This document shows, one piece after another, positions 48,178 through 60,545 of a stretch of DNA of 64,000 nucleotides (its first letter is position 1; every line of letters begins with the position of its first letter). The notes below the pieces were generated by a model. It was not told where the DNA came from. It saw only the letters and a program-made list of their open reading frames with translations, and did not search any database. The stretch is taken from contig MU054338.1 of the NCBI GenBank assembly GCA_013239625.1, forward strand, positions 4,055,371 through 4,119,370, written 5' to 3'. A program made the position numbers and the translations under genes. The stretch comes from Lama guanicoe. Its lineage: Eukaryota.

Positions 48178-48732
48178 CTCGGTCTTGAAGGAGGCCTCGT
48201 CCTCTGAGTTGGACTCCTCTACCTCTGGGGGCTTTTTGATCTCCCTGGGCTCGGTCTCGGCCTTGACCTTCTCCCCCTTGGCGCTGCCCTTGTCCTTGGC
48301 CGGCTTTTTGTCTGAGAAGGAGGAAGACGAGGTGCGGGGTGAGGTGCTGGGGGCGCTCCTGGATCCCTTGGAGCTGCTCTTCTTCTGCTTTTTGGCGCTG
48401 GGCTTGGGTGAGTCAGCGGCAGCCGGCCGCTTGCTGGAAGACTTGGGCGGGGGTGGTGGCGGGGGGCCACCCTTGGGGGACATGCTCTCCAGTTTGGTCT
48501 CCTTCAGGGCCATCTTGGGCTCCTTGAATGCAGCCTTGGGCGGAGGGGCCTTCTCCTCCTTGGGCGGCCGGCCCTCGCCCAGCTTCCGTGCGGCATCCTT
48601 GGCGCTCCTGGCCTGCTCGCGCTCCGGCTCCTTGGAGGGGCCTCTGCTCTCCGAGTCCTTGCGCGGCCGCTCCCGGTGCTCCTTGGCCGTCTTGTGGGCC
48701 TTGCAGGCCTTGCCACTCTCCCTGCTGGCGTC
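48178..48732 (-). CDS. MLLT1: MLLT1 exon 6 (Lys/Ser/Pro-rich disordered region)
   Basis: [11 protein letters not shown]...[13 protein letters not shown]...GGPPPPPPP...[14 protein letters not shown]; acceptor tttcag|, donor |GTGAGG; 555 nt, phase 0-0. Confidence 0.97.
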
Positions 48733-48824
48733 CTGAAATGCCGGGGCGGGAGGGGGACACGGTCAAATGGCATCTCGCGGCCACCCTGCTCCGCCTCCCC
48801 CGACCCCTACAAAGTATAATCCAC

Positions 48825-48839
48825 CTGATTCAGACTCAG
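48825..48839 (-). CDS. MLLT1: Candidate alternative 15-nt microexon of MLLT1 (LSLNQ)
   Basis: Minus strand ttttctctag|CTGAGTCTGAATCAG|gtggat; phase 0-0, 92 nt upstream of exon 6, inside an AT-rich patch. Confidence 0.55.
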
Positions 48840-51800
48840 CTAGAGAAAATCTTCCATAAAGCGAAAAAGTAAGGCAGCAGGTGAGAGTTTTAAATGGAGC
48901 TGTCCCTTTAAACTACTAGGAAGTGTCAGCAGGTCCCGGGCGACTGCAGGCTAAGATTCCCCTCTGAATTGAACTGACATTCCCTGAGGGATTCAAGAAG
49001 AGCACACGGTGAGTCAGATATGAGACAGGCAAGCCACGTCTACCCACTCCCGCTCCAACGCCTCGCAGTTTCCCGCGGGGCCCGGGGAATGGGGGGCTGC
49101 CATGGCACTGGGGACTGGGAGTGCTGGCAGGCAGGCCCCCTCTTCTATCCCCACCAAAGCCTGGTGCCTCGCCAGGTGGCCCCCACCCAGCCTGGATGGC
49201 CTGGCTCTGGCCAGGCCCCAACACACACCAGGACACTGCAGTTCTTTGATCTCCACAGTCAGCATTTATTGAGCGCCTGCTGGAGTCCCAGGCACTGCGT
49301 AGGACAAATGGCTCCTAGACATCTTGAAACCGAAGCTGCCTGGGCAGCTGTTCTAAAACGTGCACGATTCCAGGATCTCTGTCTCGGAAATTCAGAGGGT
49401 TGAGGAACCCGGACTCTGGTGCTGCTGGTGAGCCAGGTCGTGGAGCTCCCACTGGGGACAGAGGCAGCAGGCAGCCCTGCTCCAGCTGCCAGGAAGGCCA
49501 GTCTGTGGGCTCCAACCCTGTGCACCTATGCTTCCTCTGAACAGAGAAAGAGCACCCACCTCACCAGGCGATGGTGCAGGGCTGGCACACAGCGAGCGCG
49601 CAATCAAGGAGGGTGGTGGCCACTCTCCCCCTGCCCCTACCTCACGGGCCTCATCCCCATCAATGACGCACCACTATCCCGCCGCACACCCAGGGCCACT
49701 GACAGGTGCCTGCTGCTGTCAGCTGCCAAGGACTCTGCCCCCAAATGTACCGGACGGCGCACGGCTGGGCCCAGAGGCTCCCCAGATTAAAGCTCACCAG
49801 GGAACCAACAGAAGCCAGACGCAGAGGTGGCCCACAAGGGGAGTGCTGGCCAGGGGCTCCCCTGAAGCAGCATCATTCTACCAGCTCAGCCCCAGTGTCG
49901 GTGGGGCGGGCGAGCCAAGAGAGCACCCAGCATGTGGGCCTCTGCTTCCTGCTCGCAGCTCCCAGAGGGTCCAGCAACAGACCCACCCGGCGAAGAGCCA
50001 CAGGGAATGACAGCACAGCCAGCGTCCTCCCTCTGATCTGCTCAATCCCAGTCACCCTGCAAGTCCACAGCCCCACCAGCGCCAGGGTGCCGGGACAGCC
50101 CCACGTGGCTCTCACATCACCACAGCAGTGGGAAGGCTGCTCATGCCGCGAGCCCCCAGCAACCTGTCCCAGAGGGGCACAGCCCGGGGGCGGGCGTGTG
50201 GAATGGGGCCAGTCTCTGAGGGCTCCACTCCCCAGAAAGCTGCTCTCCCAAGGAGGTAGGCCAAAAGCAGAGACCGCCCCCCCCCCAGGCAATTCCGGCT
50301 TCTTCTCACAGGGAACACGGGCCTCCTAGGCCTCAAAAGCTGACCCCAGTCCCAAGAGGTGGAGCGGGAGCACCCCGAGGGGCATGTCCACCCACAGCCC
50401 CCAGCGCAGCTCCCACTGGGCCCCCAGCCCCGGTCAACCGAGCAGCCGCCGCTGCCCAGGGCCTGCCCGAAGCAGGAGCCTTGGAGCAGGGCTCTCTCAA
50501 GTCACATACTAAGTTTCAAGCACAATGTAGATGTTCAGTCACATTCTCGAAGCTTTCAATGACCCAAAATGGCTAAGAACCAGTGTCGGAAAAAGGTCCA
50601 CCAGGCCACTGGCTCATGTAAGACAAGAATAAGCAGGGCTCTCTGAGGCTACAGGTGCATGAGTCCAGAGGCTGCAGGACAGCCACCTTCACACTGAGCC
50701 TCCAGGGGTCCCTCTTCTCCTAGGAGGTTCCAATTCCTGCCTGCCACACTACCCTCCGAGGGGGCTGTGGGGCAGGGACAGAACCACCAGGGATGGGTCC
50801 AACTCAGGCCAGAGCAGCCAGGCACTCCAGCAGCCCCTGGGCCCCTGGTTGGGCGAGGCCCTGCCAGGACCCAGCCTTTACCTCCCCGCCCTCCTGCCTG
50901 GAGCATGTGGCCCAGCCAGTCAGACTCCTCAGGTCTAGGAAGCGGAGAACCTATCAGAAGGAAGGAGCCAGTGCCCAAAGGAAGGCCCTCACCGGGAGGA
51001 AAGGTCTGATGATTCAGAGGGCAGGACGTAACAGCAGGCAGAGAAGGCTTGCTAGAGAGCTGTCGGCAGAGCAGGACCTGCCTGTGCCACCTGAGAAACC
51101 TGCGCAGGGCCCCTACGTCACAGCGCCCAGGGAGCTGCGGAAAGATGCTGGACGGGGAGGGTGGAGACGGAGGACCCTGCCTGCAGGCCTCCTGAGTCTG
51201 GCAGACATGCCTACCAGCTTGGGGGCCCCCAGGGGTCTCAAAGACCTCAGCAAGAGATGCCAGAGCAGCCACTGGAGTGTCCTCGCCACCAGGGAGGGCA
51301 TCTCTTAAGTGGTGTGCAAGTGACGTGTGCAGAAGAGACAGCAATTCCCACTCTCCCTATCTTGCACAGAACGCCAAAAACCGTGGGTGGCTGAGAGAGA
51401 AGCTGCCAAGATCGCTAGCAAGAATTTTTCTCCCGCTTAACTTTCACGAGACTCAGGGAAAGACATGCCCAGAAGGCCGGCATGGGGAAGACCCTGGAGC
51501 TGCACGCTGTACTTGAAGACTCTGGCCTCACACGTCCAGAGGGCTGAAGTCAGAGGAATCTGAGGATTTCAGAGAGCTAGTGGCCTCATGAAAAGTGCCA
51601 GAAAGATTCTGCCTGGGCGACGTGGCGCTCCTCCAAGGTGGCTGATGAGCGTAAGGCTATCAGGCAGCCCAAGACGTCAACCTGTCCCAGTGAGGGTGCC
51701 CTAGGCCCTTAACATCCAATAGCAGGTGAAACAAGAAAACTACAAAGATGAGAAGTGGATAAAGTGGCGGGGTGGGTGGCAGACGACGGGGCAGCTGCCC

Positions 51801-52479
51801 TGGAAGCCAGACGGGGCTGGGCCTCCAGGACTCGGAGCAGTGTAGACAGCTGCAGGGAACAGGACGCACGCTCACAAGCCTGCGTCCCCTGCGACACCAC
51901 CCCAAGGGCTCTGGAGGCCACTCTGGGACAGCTGAGGGAGGTCTCGGGGCACAGAGTGCCGTCGGCCTGCCGAGGCCGAGACAAGACAGCGAGGTGCTTC
52001 CTCTTGGGGTGGAACAGCTTGCTCACCCATGTCACTCCTCCTGGCCCCTCCCCCAAGTAAGCTCTCTCCGCCGAGAGCGGCTGCCGAAGGAGGAAGCCAA
52101 GCCTGGAGCCGAAGAGAGCGCCAGGCTGTGACAAATGGGGCATCCTGGCTGTGGCAGAAATGCTCCGTCCACGGCCCCAACCACGCAAGCCCTCGGACTG
52201 TATCTGAGTGGTCCTCGGGGCCTCTGTCTCAGTGGAGGGATAATGGAGCAGGCTCTCTGCCTCAAGAGGAAGGGGATGAAGTGCCTGCAATGACCTGGTG
52301 GTCCGTGCAGCTCAGCAGGGCAAGCCTCCTGACTAAGCGGCGGCGGCGAACTGCCGGGCGGAGCACAGAGCTGTGCTCCAAGAGGAGGATAACGAGGGGG
52401 CCTGCAGGGGCGCCCTGAGCCCAGGACCCTCCACTGGGCCCCCGAGCTCCCATGGGACTGGGCCTTCCGCCTCACTAAC

Positions 52480-52605
52480 CTTGGAGCCGTGGGATGGTTT
52501 GGTCTTCTTGGGGTCAGAGAAGGCAGAGAGTGGAATTGTGGGTAACATGGGGTAGTCAGGGCTGGGCCTGGACACCGTTTCTGCTCCTTCGGGCATTACC
52601 ATCAC
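52480..52605 (-). CDS. MLLT1: MLLT1 exon 5
   Basis: [42 protein letters not shown]; acceptor cactag|, donor |GTTAGT; 126 nt. Confidence 0.97.
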
Positions 52606-55600
52606 CTAGTGATAAAGAAGAGACAGATGTTATCAACGAGCAAGGAGGCAGGCTGGAAATCCGATCATCAAGAGGAAGTCCGCCTGCAGGAGCCTGGCCA
52701 GAGGCCAGCCTCGCTTCCTTCAGGGGGAGAGGGCAGAGGAGAGCTCGAGCGTCATGTTCTCAAAAGAATCCAAGGTGTTCCCTCCATGAGGGGCTGGGTG
52801 CTGAGTGCTGGAGCGAAGCAGGTCGTGGTGCAGAGCCAAGAGCAGCCAGGTCCCAGGATGGCTGGGCCGGCCGAGAAGATGCAGAGCGGGCCAAGAAGCA
52901 TAAGGAGGAGCCGGGGCCAAGGCTGACCATGCTTCAGACAGACCAGAAGCTCAGGCTGGTAAGGCGAGGGGCCAGCCAGACACCCAACCAGGCAGCTGAG
53001 TGGCAGAGTGAGCAACTTGTATGAGCTGCGCGCGTGACTTCACTGGGTCACCTGTATCCTGGGGGACCAGCCCATGTCCACTCTCGGGCAGGTGAGGCAC
53101 ACAAACAGGGAGCACGGCGCAGCCGCCAGCTGGAGAGAACTGCGTGGGGTGGGCATGGGGGAGGGACTGGAGAAGGAAGGCCGGGGGTCCTGCCAGGAGG
53201 TGATCCCTGGGCCACCTGCAGGGTCCAAGCCAGGCTCCCGTGGCACCCACTGACGGGGAGAAGGCTGGGTGCAAGCTCTTGAAATGCTGGCGCTGCAACC
53301 ACTGCTAGTGAGCACTACTAGCGGGCAGCCACTCAGGAGGGGCCTTCCAGCCCAGCGAGACAGAACAGAAGAATAAAGCGCACGGAAAAAAAGAAGAAAA
53401 GAAAAACGCATTTAGCTTGGTAGAACAGGCACCATTAATAACCCTGAGAACGCGGAACTCCCCGATGAACCAGAGCTTTCATCTGAGGAGGCTGAGGTCA
53501 TTCCCGGCCATGGGGATGCCGGGCGGGAAGGAGGGCGGTGGAGCCCCTCGCCCCCAGGGCCCCACGACTCCAAGGCAGTGGAGCCCAAGGCTGTCTCATC
53601 AGAGCCGGTGTGACCACAACACTCTTAACCAGGCACCCAACCTGCCAGGTGCCCGAGGACCATGTTGTCGGGGAACCACACACCCCACAGCCAGCAAGGA
53701 GGCGACTGAGAGCCCAGCCCGGGAGGCCCTGGTTCGTCCACCTGCAGACCTTCTCCTCCTTTCACAGCAAGTTCTCCTCTCTCCCTTCGAATGAACACCC
53801 TAAACTGACACTTTCAGGACAGTGCACGCCTTTGTCTCTCCTCTCCTTGACAGCCTTTGGAGTACGCGGCCTCACCTCCACCTCCACCACCGGGCTTTGC
53901 AAGGACCCCACCCACTTGACAGAAATACAGATCCTCAGCCACTGAAGGAGCCTCTATTTCTGTGCAGTTCAATGGCTGACAGCACACAATGCTGAGGGGC
54001 CTGGCAACCGCAACCACCTGCCCAGGGCCGGCCTCTCATCGCCGGGTACACTGGGGAAGCAGCTCCAGTCACTGCTGGGCGTGTGTGGGCCTCACGTGAG
54101 GAGCAACAGAACTCCGGTGACCTCGGCAGAGGGGCTGCACAGAAAGCAGTTCTCTAGACTTACAGCACGGCCTGCTCCTTGGCTCCTCCAGCATCGACAT
54201 CCAGGGGCCATCTGCCACCGGATGGCAAAGGCAGCCCCACTGGGACCGAGAGCCCCCGTCCCATAGCCGACCTGGGCGGCTCCTGAGACCAGAGTGCGCG
54301 GCTCTGCCCTCGGCCCGGGGCTAGCCCTGAAGGCCCACAGCCCCAGAGGGTGAGAAAGTTCCCCACCAGTCAACCAGCTCTCTGGGCACCCCCACACTGG
54401 GAGGAAAGCACCCAGCAGAGACCACAGCGCAGCAGCCGGACCGGCCCTTCCCAAACTGCAAGCTGCACCTGCCCTCCCGACTTCTCTCCCTCGCCTCCTC
54501 CTCCTTCCCCGCCCCTCCAGTTTTTATGTGTTTAGATGATGCACACTGAGCCTTCATCTCCTCAGAGCAAAGAAAACATCTTTACGTGGGGAATGGAGGG
54601 GTCAGTCCTTTGGTCCTGGAGCATGAGAGGCCTATGGAAAACTGTCTGGGTGTCTGTCTCCCAAAGAAAAGTGACTATGAAACCTTTGGGGGACATCCAG
54701 GAACACCTCTGGAAATACTTTGGAAAAGGTCTGGCAGCAAATATAAAGCAGAGAAGCAGAGCTGGTGGGAAGAAGTGCTGAGCCCCGCAGCCCCACCCCA
54801 CTTCCTCGGTTCTTCTGGAACTCCTGGGCAAGTATCTATGTAAATCCCAGCACCTCCCTGTTCTGCTCCTGGACTCCATCAGCCATCACATGCTAGATTA
54901 GAATCGCACACTAATCTTCTGAACACAGCGAACTTAATCAAATGTTCTGCAATGAATAAATGATTGCTTTCACATTTTTTTAAAAGTTTATAGAAGTCTC
55001 AACTGAATTAAATGAACAGGAAATGATTGCTCCCCAGAGCCAAAGAAATCCAACCCACACTCCCTGTATGCACTGGGGAGGTGGACCTGGCCCCAACACA
55101 CACACACATGCACGCACACTTGCACGCACGCACTCACTCTCACGCCCCTGGCCCAACTCCTCTGTCCCAGGCACCAGCTGGTACTGGGGCAAACGCTCAG
55201 TGACTCTGGGGTGTCTTGTTGCTCGGCCTGCACCTCCCTCGGCACAGTCCAGTCTGCGCCCCTGCTCCTCCATGACCAAGCATCCTATCCACACAAAGCA
55301 CCTCACCACACTCCCCACAGGTCCCACCATGCGCTCCCAGCACTCTGCCCCCACACCAGGACTGCCAGCCACACAACTCACAATGGAGACCTAAGCTCTG
55401 CGAGCTGACACTTTAATCTGGCTTGTGTCACAATGACAAAACTGCAAAGCAGCAGCGTGCATCATCAGGGAACCCCACAGAGAGCCGTGGCTGCCTCCCC
55501 AAATGGCGCGGCTGAGCACGGCCTCACCAGTCCGGTTAAAAACCGGCTCCAGCACCTCACCACGCTGACAAACCAGTCTCTGGCCTCGTGCCCATTACTG

Positions 55601-55898
55601 CCCCACCCCCACCTTCATGGAGGAAGATGCTAATTAACCACAGCCAACAGGAAGCCAGGGATAACCAGAGACTAGTCAGTCATTCACAGCCGACCACACC
55701 CCAGCACAGACTCCGGACACCTGGGCCCCATCCAAAGCTGCCAGCTGCTGCCCGTGCACCCTGCCCTCAGGGTCTTGGGCGCCCGACCACATGTTGGGGA
55801 GACGTGCTCCAGGGAGTCCAAGGCGCCGCCAGCACCAAAGCTGCACAGCGCCAGGGCCATGCCGGAGCTGCCTGCCCGCCCGCGCGCGGCGCACTCAC

Positions 55899-56042
55899 CC
55901 CGCCGGCCATCAGGAGCTTGTACCGGAACTCGATGGTGGGGTTGTTGAAGGTGAGCTTCTCGCAGCGCAGGTGGTTCACAGGCGGGTTGCCCTCCAGGTT
56001 CAGGAACAGGTCATAGGTGAAGCAAACTTTCCTTGGCTCCTC
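55899..56042 (-). CDS. MLLT1: MLLT1 exon 4 (C-terminal part of YEATS domain)
   Basis: [48 protein letters not shown]; acceptor tgtttaag|, donor |GTGAGT; 144 nt. Confidence 0.98.
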
Positions 56043-56479
56043 CTTAAACAAAGAAAACAAGGAAGTCGGTTCAGAGGGGCGGGCAGGAGGCTGCAGGGGC
56101 AGCCACAGGACAGGCGGACACGCGCCCCACGGCCGGCCCTGCCCCTCCCAGCTTTGCTCAGCTGCTGCTTCTCTCCCCTTGGACCCTCACCTGCTTCTCT
56201 GTGCCTGTCTCCTCATCCATCTGGTCACCCAAAGAAATAAACTTCCTATTTGCAGAGAACCCGGCAAAGCAGGCTCCACAAGGGAAATGAAGATCACTGA
56301 GAACCATGTTCTCAGACGTTAGTGAAGTGGCCCCGCCAGCGATGTGTGCAGCCCCATGCAAACGTTTCCCCAAACCCCCGCCCCGCAATCCTCATGGTTC
56401 TCGGCCAACAGAAGGCACGCAGCTGCTTTCCGTGACAATGCTGAGAGCTGACCCCAGGGTCAGAGGCCTCAACCCCCAG

Positions 56480-57290
56480 GGAAATTTCTCCAAAGACATA
56501 CAAGTGGCCAATAAGTACACAAAAAGATGCCACTAGGGAAATACAAATCAAAACCACAAAATACTGCCTCACACCCACTAGGATGTCAATTATTTTAAAA
56601 AAGGAAAATAACAAGCATTAGCAAGGATGGGGAGAAACCAGAATCCTTGTGCACTGCCAGCAGGACTGTAAAACGGCGGCCCCTCTGGAAGACTGCATGA
56701 GAATTTCTCAAAATGTTACAGAGTAACTATGTGACCCATATGTCTCCCCGGACACAGACCCAAGAGAAATGAAAATACACAGTCACGTAAAACCTTGCAC
56801 ACCTATGTCCACAGCAGCATTATTCACAACAGTCAGACAGTGGAAACAACCCAAGTGTCCTCCAACAGGTGAGTGGATACACATCCTGGTCCACTGTGGT
56901 CCATCCACGCAAAAGAGTGTTACCAGTCATAAAAAGGAGTGTCACTGACACACGTCACAACACAGATGACCTTCAAAGCACGATGCTCAGTGAGAGAAGC
57001 CAGCTACAAAGGCCACAGAGTGTGTGACTCCATTTACATGAAGCGTCCAGAACAGGCACACCCACAGAGACAGAGCGGCTTCGTGGCTGGCAGGGGCTGG
57101 GAGGGGAATATGGAAACTGACTGCTAATGTGGACGAGGTCTGTTTCTGGAATGATGAGAATGTTCTGAACTAGAAAACTGAGACGACTGCACAACACTCT
57201 GAATGTGAACACACTAAAACCCACCAGAGCCATGTGCTTTAAAGGGGTGAACTTTCTGATATGTGAGTTATACCCCAATTTTTAAAAATG
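56480..57290 (+). mobile_element. L1MB-like 3' end in MLLT1 intron 3 (antisense to the gene)
   Basis: AATACAAATCAAAACCACAA...GCAGCATTATTCACAACAG...TGGAAACAACCCAAGTGTCC...AATGTTCTGAACTAGA. Confidence 0.8.
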
Positions 57291-58869
57291 CCATCCACAG
57301 GAGAGAAAAGGCTAGGAGACAAGAGCCAGTGGAGGTTTCCCAGCAGTTCAGAGGAGACAGGTCGGCCAGGGTGGGGAGGTGGGCAGGGCTGCCGAGCCCT
57401 CACGCTGGCATTTCCCGGGCTCCCTTCTCTTCCCCCTTCCTCCCCGCACCCTGGCTGCGCCTGCCTTCCTCCTGCTGCAGCAAAGCTGGGGCCCCAGCCA
57501 GCCACATGCCCGCTTCTGAACAAAGGGGACAGGAGCGAGGTCCTGCAGCTGCACTTGGATGACTCTGGCCCCTCGTTCAGGGCACAAAGGTAGAAGGTGA
57601 GCCTGCCGTATGGAAGAGCTGCAGGCCCTGCCCTCCTCGGAGAAGACAAGTTGGCAGGCCTTCCGAGCCACTGCCGGCTGGTGAGGCGACACCGGCCTGG
57701 CCCCTCCCCCAGTGGCCCCTGGCCTCAGGAAGACGGGTTTCTACCCCAGCCCACCTACACTGGACTTGGAAATCGGTCCCCTTGTCCGATTGTGGACTTG
57801 TGTCCTAGTCTGGGGTGATGAGATAGGTGAGGTCAGCCCAGGGAGAGCTTTCCTTCCCAAGTCAAAAATCAAAAACAAAAGTGTGAGGAGAAAGTCTCAG
57901 TCTTCCTGCCTTACTGAGACGCGACGCCTGTTGGCCAGCATCAACCCTGGGACAAGCGCTGGGGAAGCCCAACACCTTAGGAGGGCAGCTCTGGCTCCAC
58001 GAGCCGCTGCTCCAAGGCCACAAGCCAGCTGCCTCCCACTTCCAGTGAAGGAAGAGAAGGCGACTCCCGTGGTAAGTCACACCCCTAAATGCGACCAGCG
58101 CCCCGCCCCGTGCCCGCCCGCATGTGTGGAGGCACTCGTCACAGTGGGCGTGTGTCCCCTTGGAGGTAGGGGCTGTGGGTATCCTGTCCTGTGCTCCGGC
58201 AGGTGCTGGTCTAGGGAGGCGCTCCGTATTTGCCACGAGAATGAAATGGGAGGACTGAGAAGGGCCTGACCCAACAGCGAGGATGGGAGGGGGCCAGTAA
58301 GGCCCCCTGGAGGCTGTGACAGGCTTGGAGAACAGCGGTTAAGAGTCGCTGAAGCCAAGCCAGGAAGGGTGAGGGGGTGAGGAGAAGTGGCACAGGCCAC
58401 AGCGTCCTCTCCAGGTACCCCGAGAGTCTACGGGGCTGCAGCTGGAAGGGGAGGGTGGACAGCGGTGGCGGCAGGGGACCCAGAGAGAAGAGCCTTGGCT
58501 GCCACTGGGAGGGGCGGCTGAGGCTCAGCAAGAGCAAGCCCAGATCTGAATCCCAGGAAACGAACACCCTCTGGCTGGCGGCAAGTTCAGACTGGGAGCA
58601 GGGCTTGAAACTGGCAAATAGAGGGGGTAGAGGGATGGAGCACTTGCCCTGCTTCCCAGTAGGTAAGCACACAGAAGATAAGAGGGGTGAATGGCACAAA
58701 TGGATTCTGGCCAGTATGTGAAGAAGGAATGAGGTGATCCTGATACGTGACTCCTGACAGGTCGGTAATCGAGGCGCTGTCTGTGAACTCTGCCAGCATC
58801 ACGAGCACAGACATCAGAGACCCACGTGCCACCTTCCCAGCAAGATCTCACCTCCGGATGCAAGTTCAA

Positions 58870-59400
58870 ATGCTGAGGGAAGACACCAGTGGAGGACTGG
58901 GCTCCATACAGACACCACAGGGACAAAAGAGGCAACAAGCCAGATGGCACCAAACAACATCTGGCCATGGGACACACGGCACAGCTTCTTCAACAGATAA
59001 ATTGCAAAGAAAAGAAAGAGACTGCAGATGGAAAATCTATACATTCAAAGAGACTTAAGAGACAAACCCCTGAATCACACTGTACGGGTCTAATCTAGAC
59101 CCTGATTCAGACAGAAGATCCTTAAACACCTGCCTGGAGATCAAGGAACTATTAATTTGTAGGCGTGACACTAGAACTGTTATACTATTAAAAAGGAATT
59201 CTTGTTTTTTAAAGACACATTCTGAGACACTGACACATGAAACAATATCTGGGATTTGCTCCAGCATGACCCCCACGGAGGAGCACTGTGCTTGAGACGG
59301 GCTACGCATGGCTGGATGTGTCAATGGCGGGAACTGGGTGATGGCTACCAGGGGCTTGTTCCATCACCCCACCCACTCCTGCAGGTGCTTCAGACCTTCC
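58870..59400 (+). mobile_element. Old L1MC/ME-like 3' fragment
   Basis: TTCTTCAACAGATAAATTGCAAAG...GACCCTGATTCAGACAG...ATATCTGGGATTTGCTCCAG. Confidence 0.55.
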
Positions 59401-60394
59401 CCATCACCTTCTGAGTGGACACAGGGCGGCGAGGCTGCAGGCTAGGAGGAGGTGCTCAGCTAAGGGCATGTCTCAGCGGGGGCCAGCTGGCAGGCAGCTG
59501 GACACCCAGTGACCCCCTTGTAGAGCACAGGGTTCAGCTGGGCCTGGGGCCCTCTCAGTGGACAGGGCCTGCCCTCCTGAGCCTCGTCCTCCTCGCCTGC
59601 AATGACATGGGGAAGGTGAGATAACACCACCACAGTGCTCAGCTTGGAGCCATCAGGAAACAGGGACTGCTGTCTTCACCAGGAAGAGATCAAGGCGAGG
59701 CCTGAAGGCACGTAGAGACGCAGGACCACAGCCACAGGACTCCCCGGGCAAGGATGGGGGCTCACAGGGATGTTCCTCAGCTCCACCCACTGCCAAACTC
59801 GGGTGCCAGAGCTCAGAACCAGACCCTCCTCCTGTCTCCACCCTCTCTGGGTGACCCCTACACACAGAATGGTGGTGTAGCGCCAAGTCAGTTCCAGCCA
59901 CTCCCCCTGCCTGCTCTCCACCCCACCCCTGCCCCACTCCTCAGCCAGCCCCTCCTCATCTCCTCCAGACCCTTCACCACCCCAAGCCACCCAGCTGCTT
60001 CAACCCATGGAGTTTAAACTGGCTCATGGCTCATCCCCAACCCACTCCTTTAAAATCCACCAAAGGCTTCCCTCCAAGAGCCTTATCTACCATTATCCCC
60101 CATCACAGCACTGGTCACCATCCGCAGGACAGATGTCTGTTTTCTGTCCACCTACTCCACTGACAAAGGGATGCCTTTTGTTCCTATGGGGCAGCACTGA
60201 GCAAACACCCATGTCTGCTGAATGCACCTACATATCTGTCTGTCCTGACATCAGAACAGAAACGTGATGGCTGCCTGCCATGTGTTCACAGCCAAGGAAG
60301 GGTCTCTACGCTCAGGAAGCCTTCAGGGCAGCAGTGCTAATGACATGACACCGACTGGACTTTACCAGAACTCTGGGGCATCACCACCACCAGG

Positions 60395-60545
60395 CACTTT
60401 TCCAAGCACCTAATATGAGTGCTTCATGGCCCGAACCATGGGCGCTCTTACTGCCCCCATTTCACAGATGAAGAAACTGAAACAGAAGCAGGTAACATGC
60501 CCGGTGCCACAAGGCTGGCCAGCAGTGAGCCAGGACTCACTCCAG
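60395..60545 (-). mobile_element. MIR SINE
   Basis: CCCCATTTCACAGATGAAGAAACTGA reverse core. Confidence 0.7.

Noticed and set aside
51680..51765. Possible extra MLLT1 cassette exon after a minus-strand pyrimidine tract
   Set aside because: Several competing AGs, only a weak donor and no frame-preserving length; cannot be supported by eye.
55960..56000. ENL YEATS indel hotspot (NPPVNHL)
   Set aside because: Reads [13 protein letters not shown] with no insertion or deletion relative to the sequence I recall.
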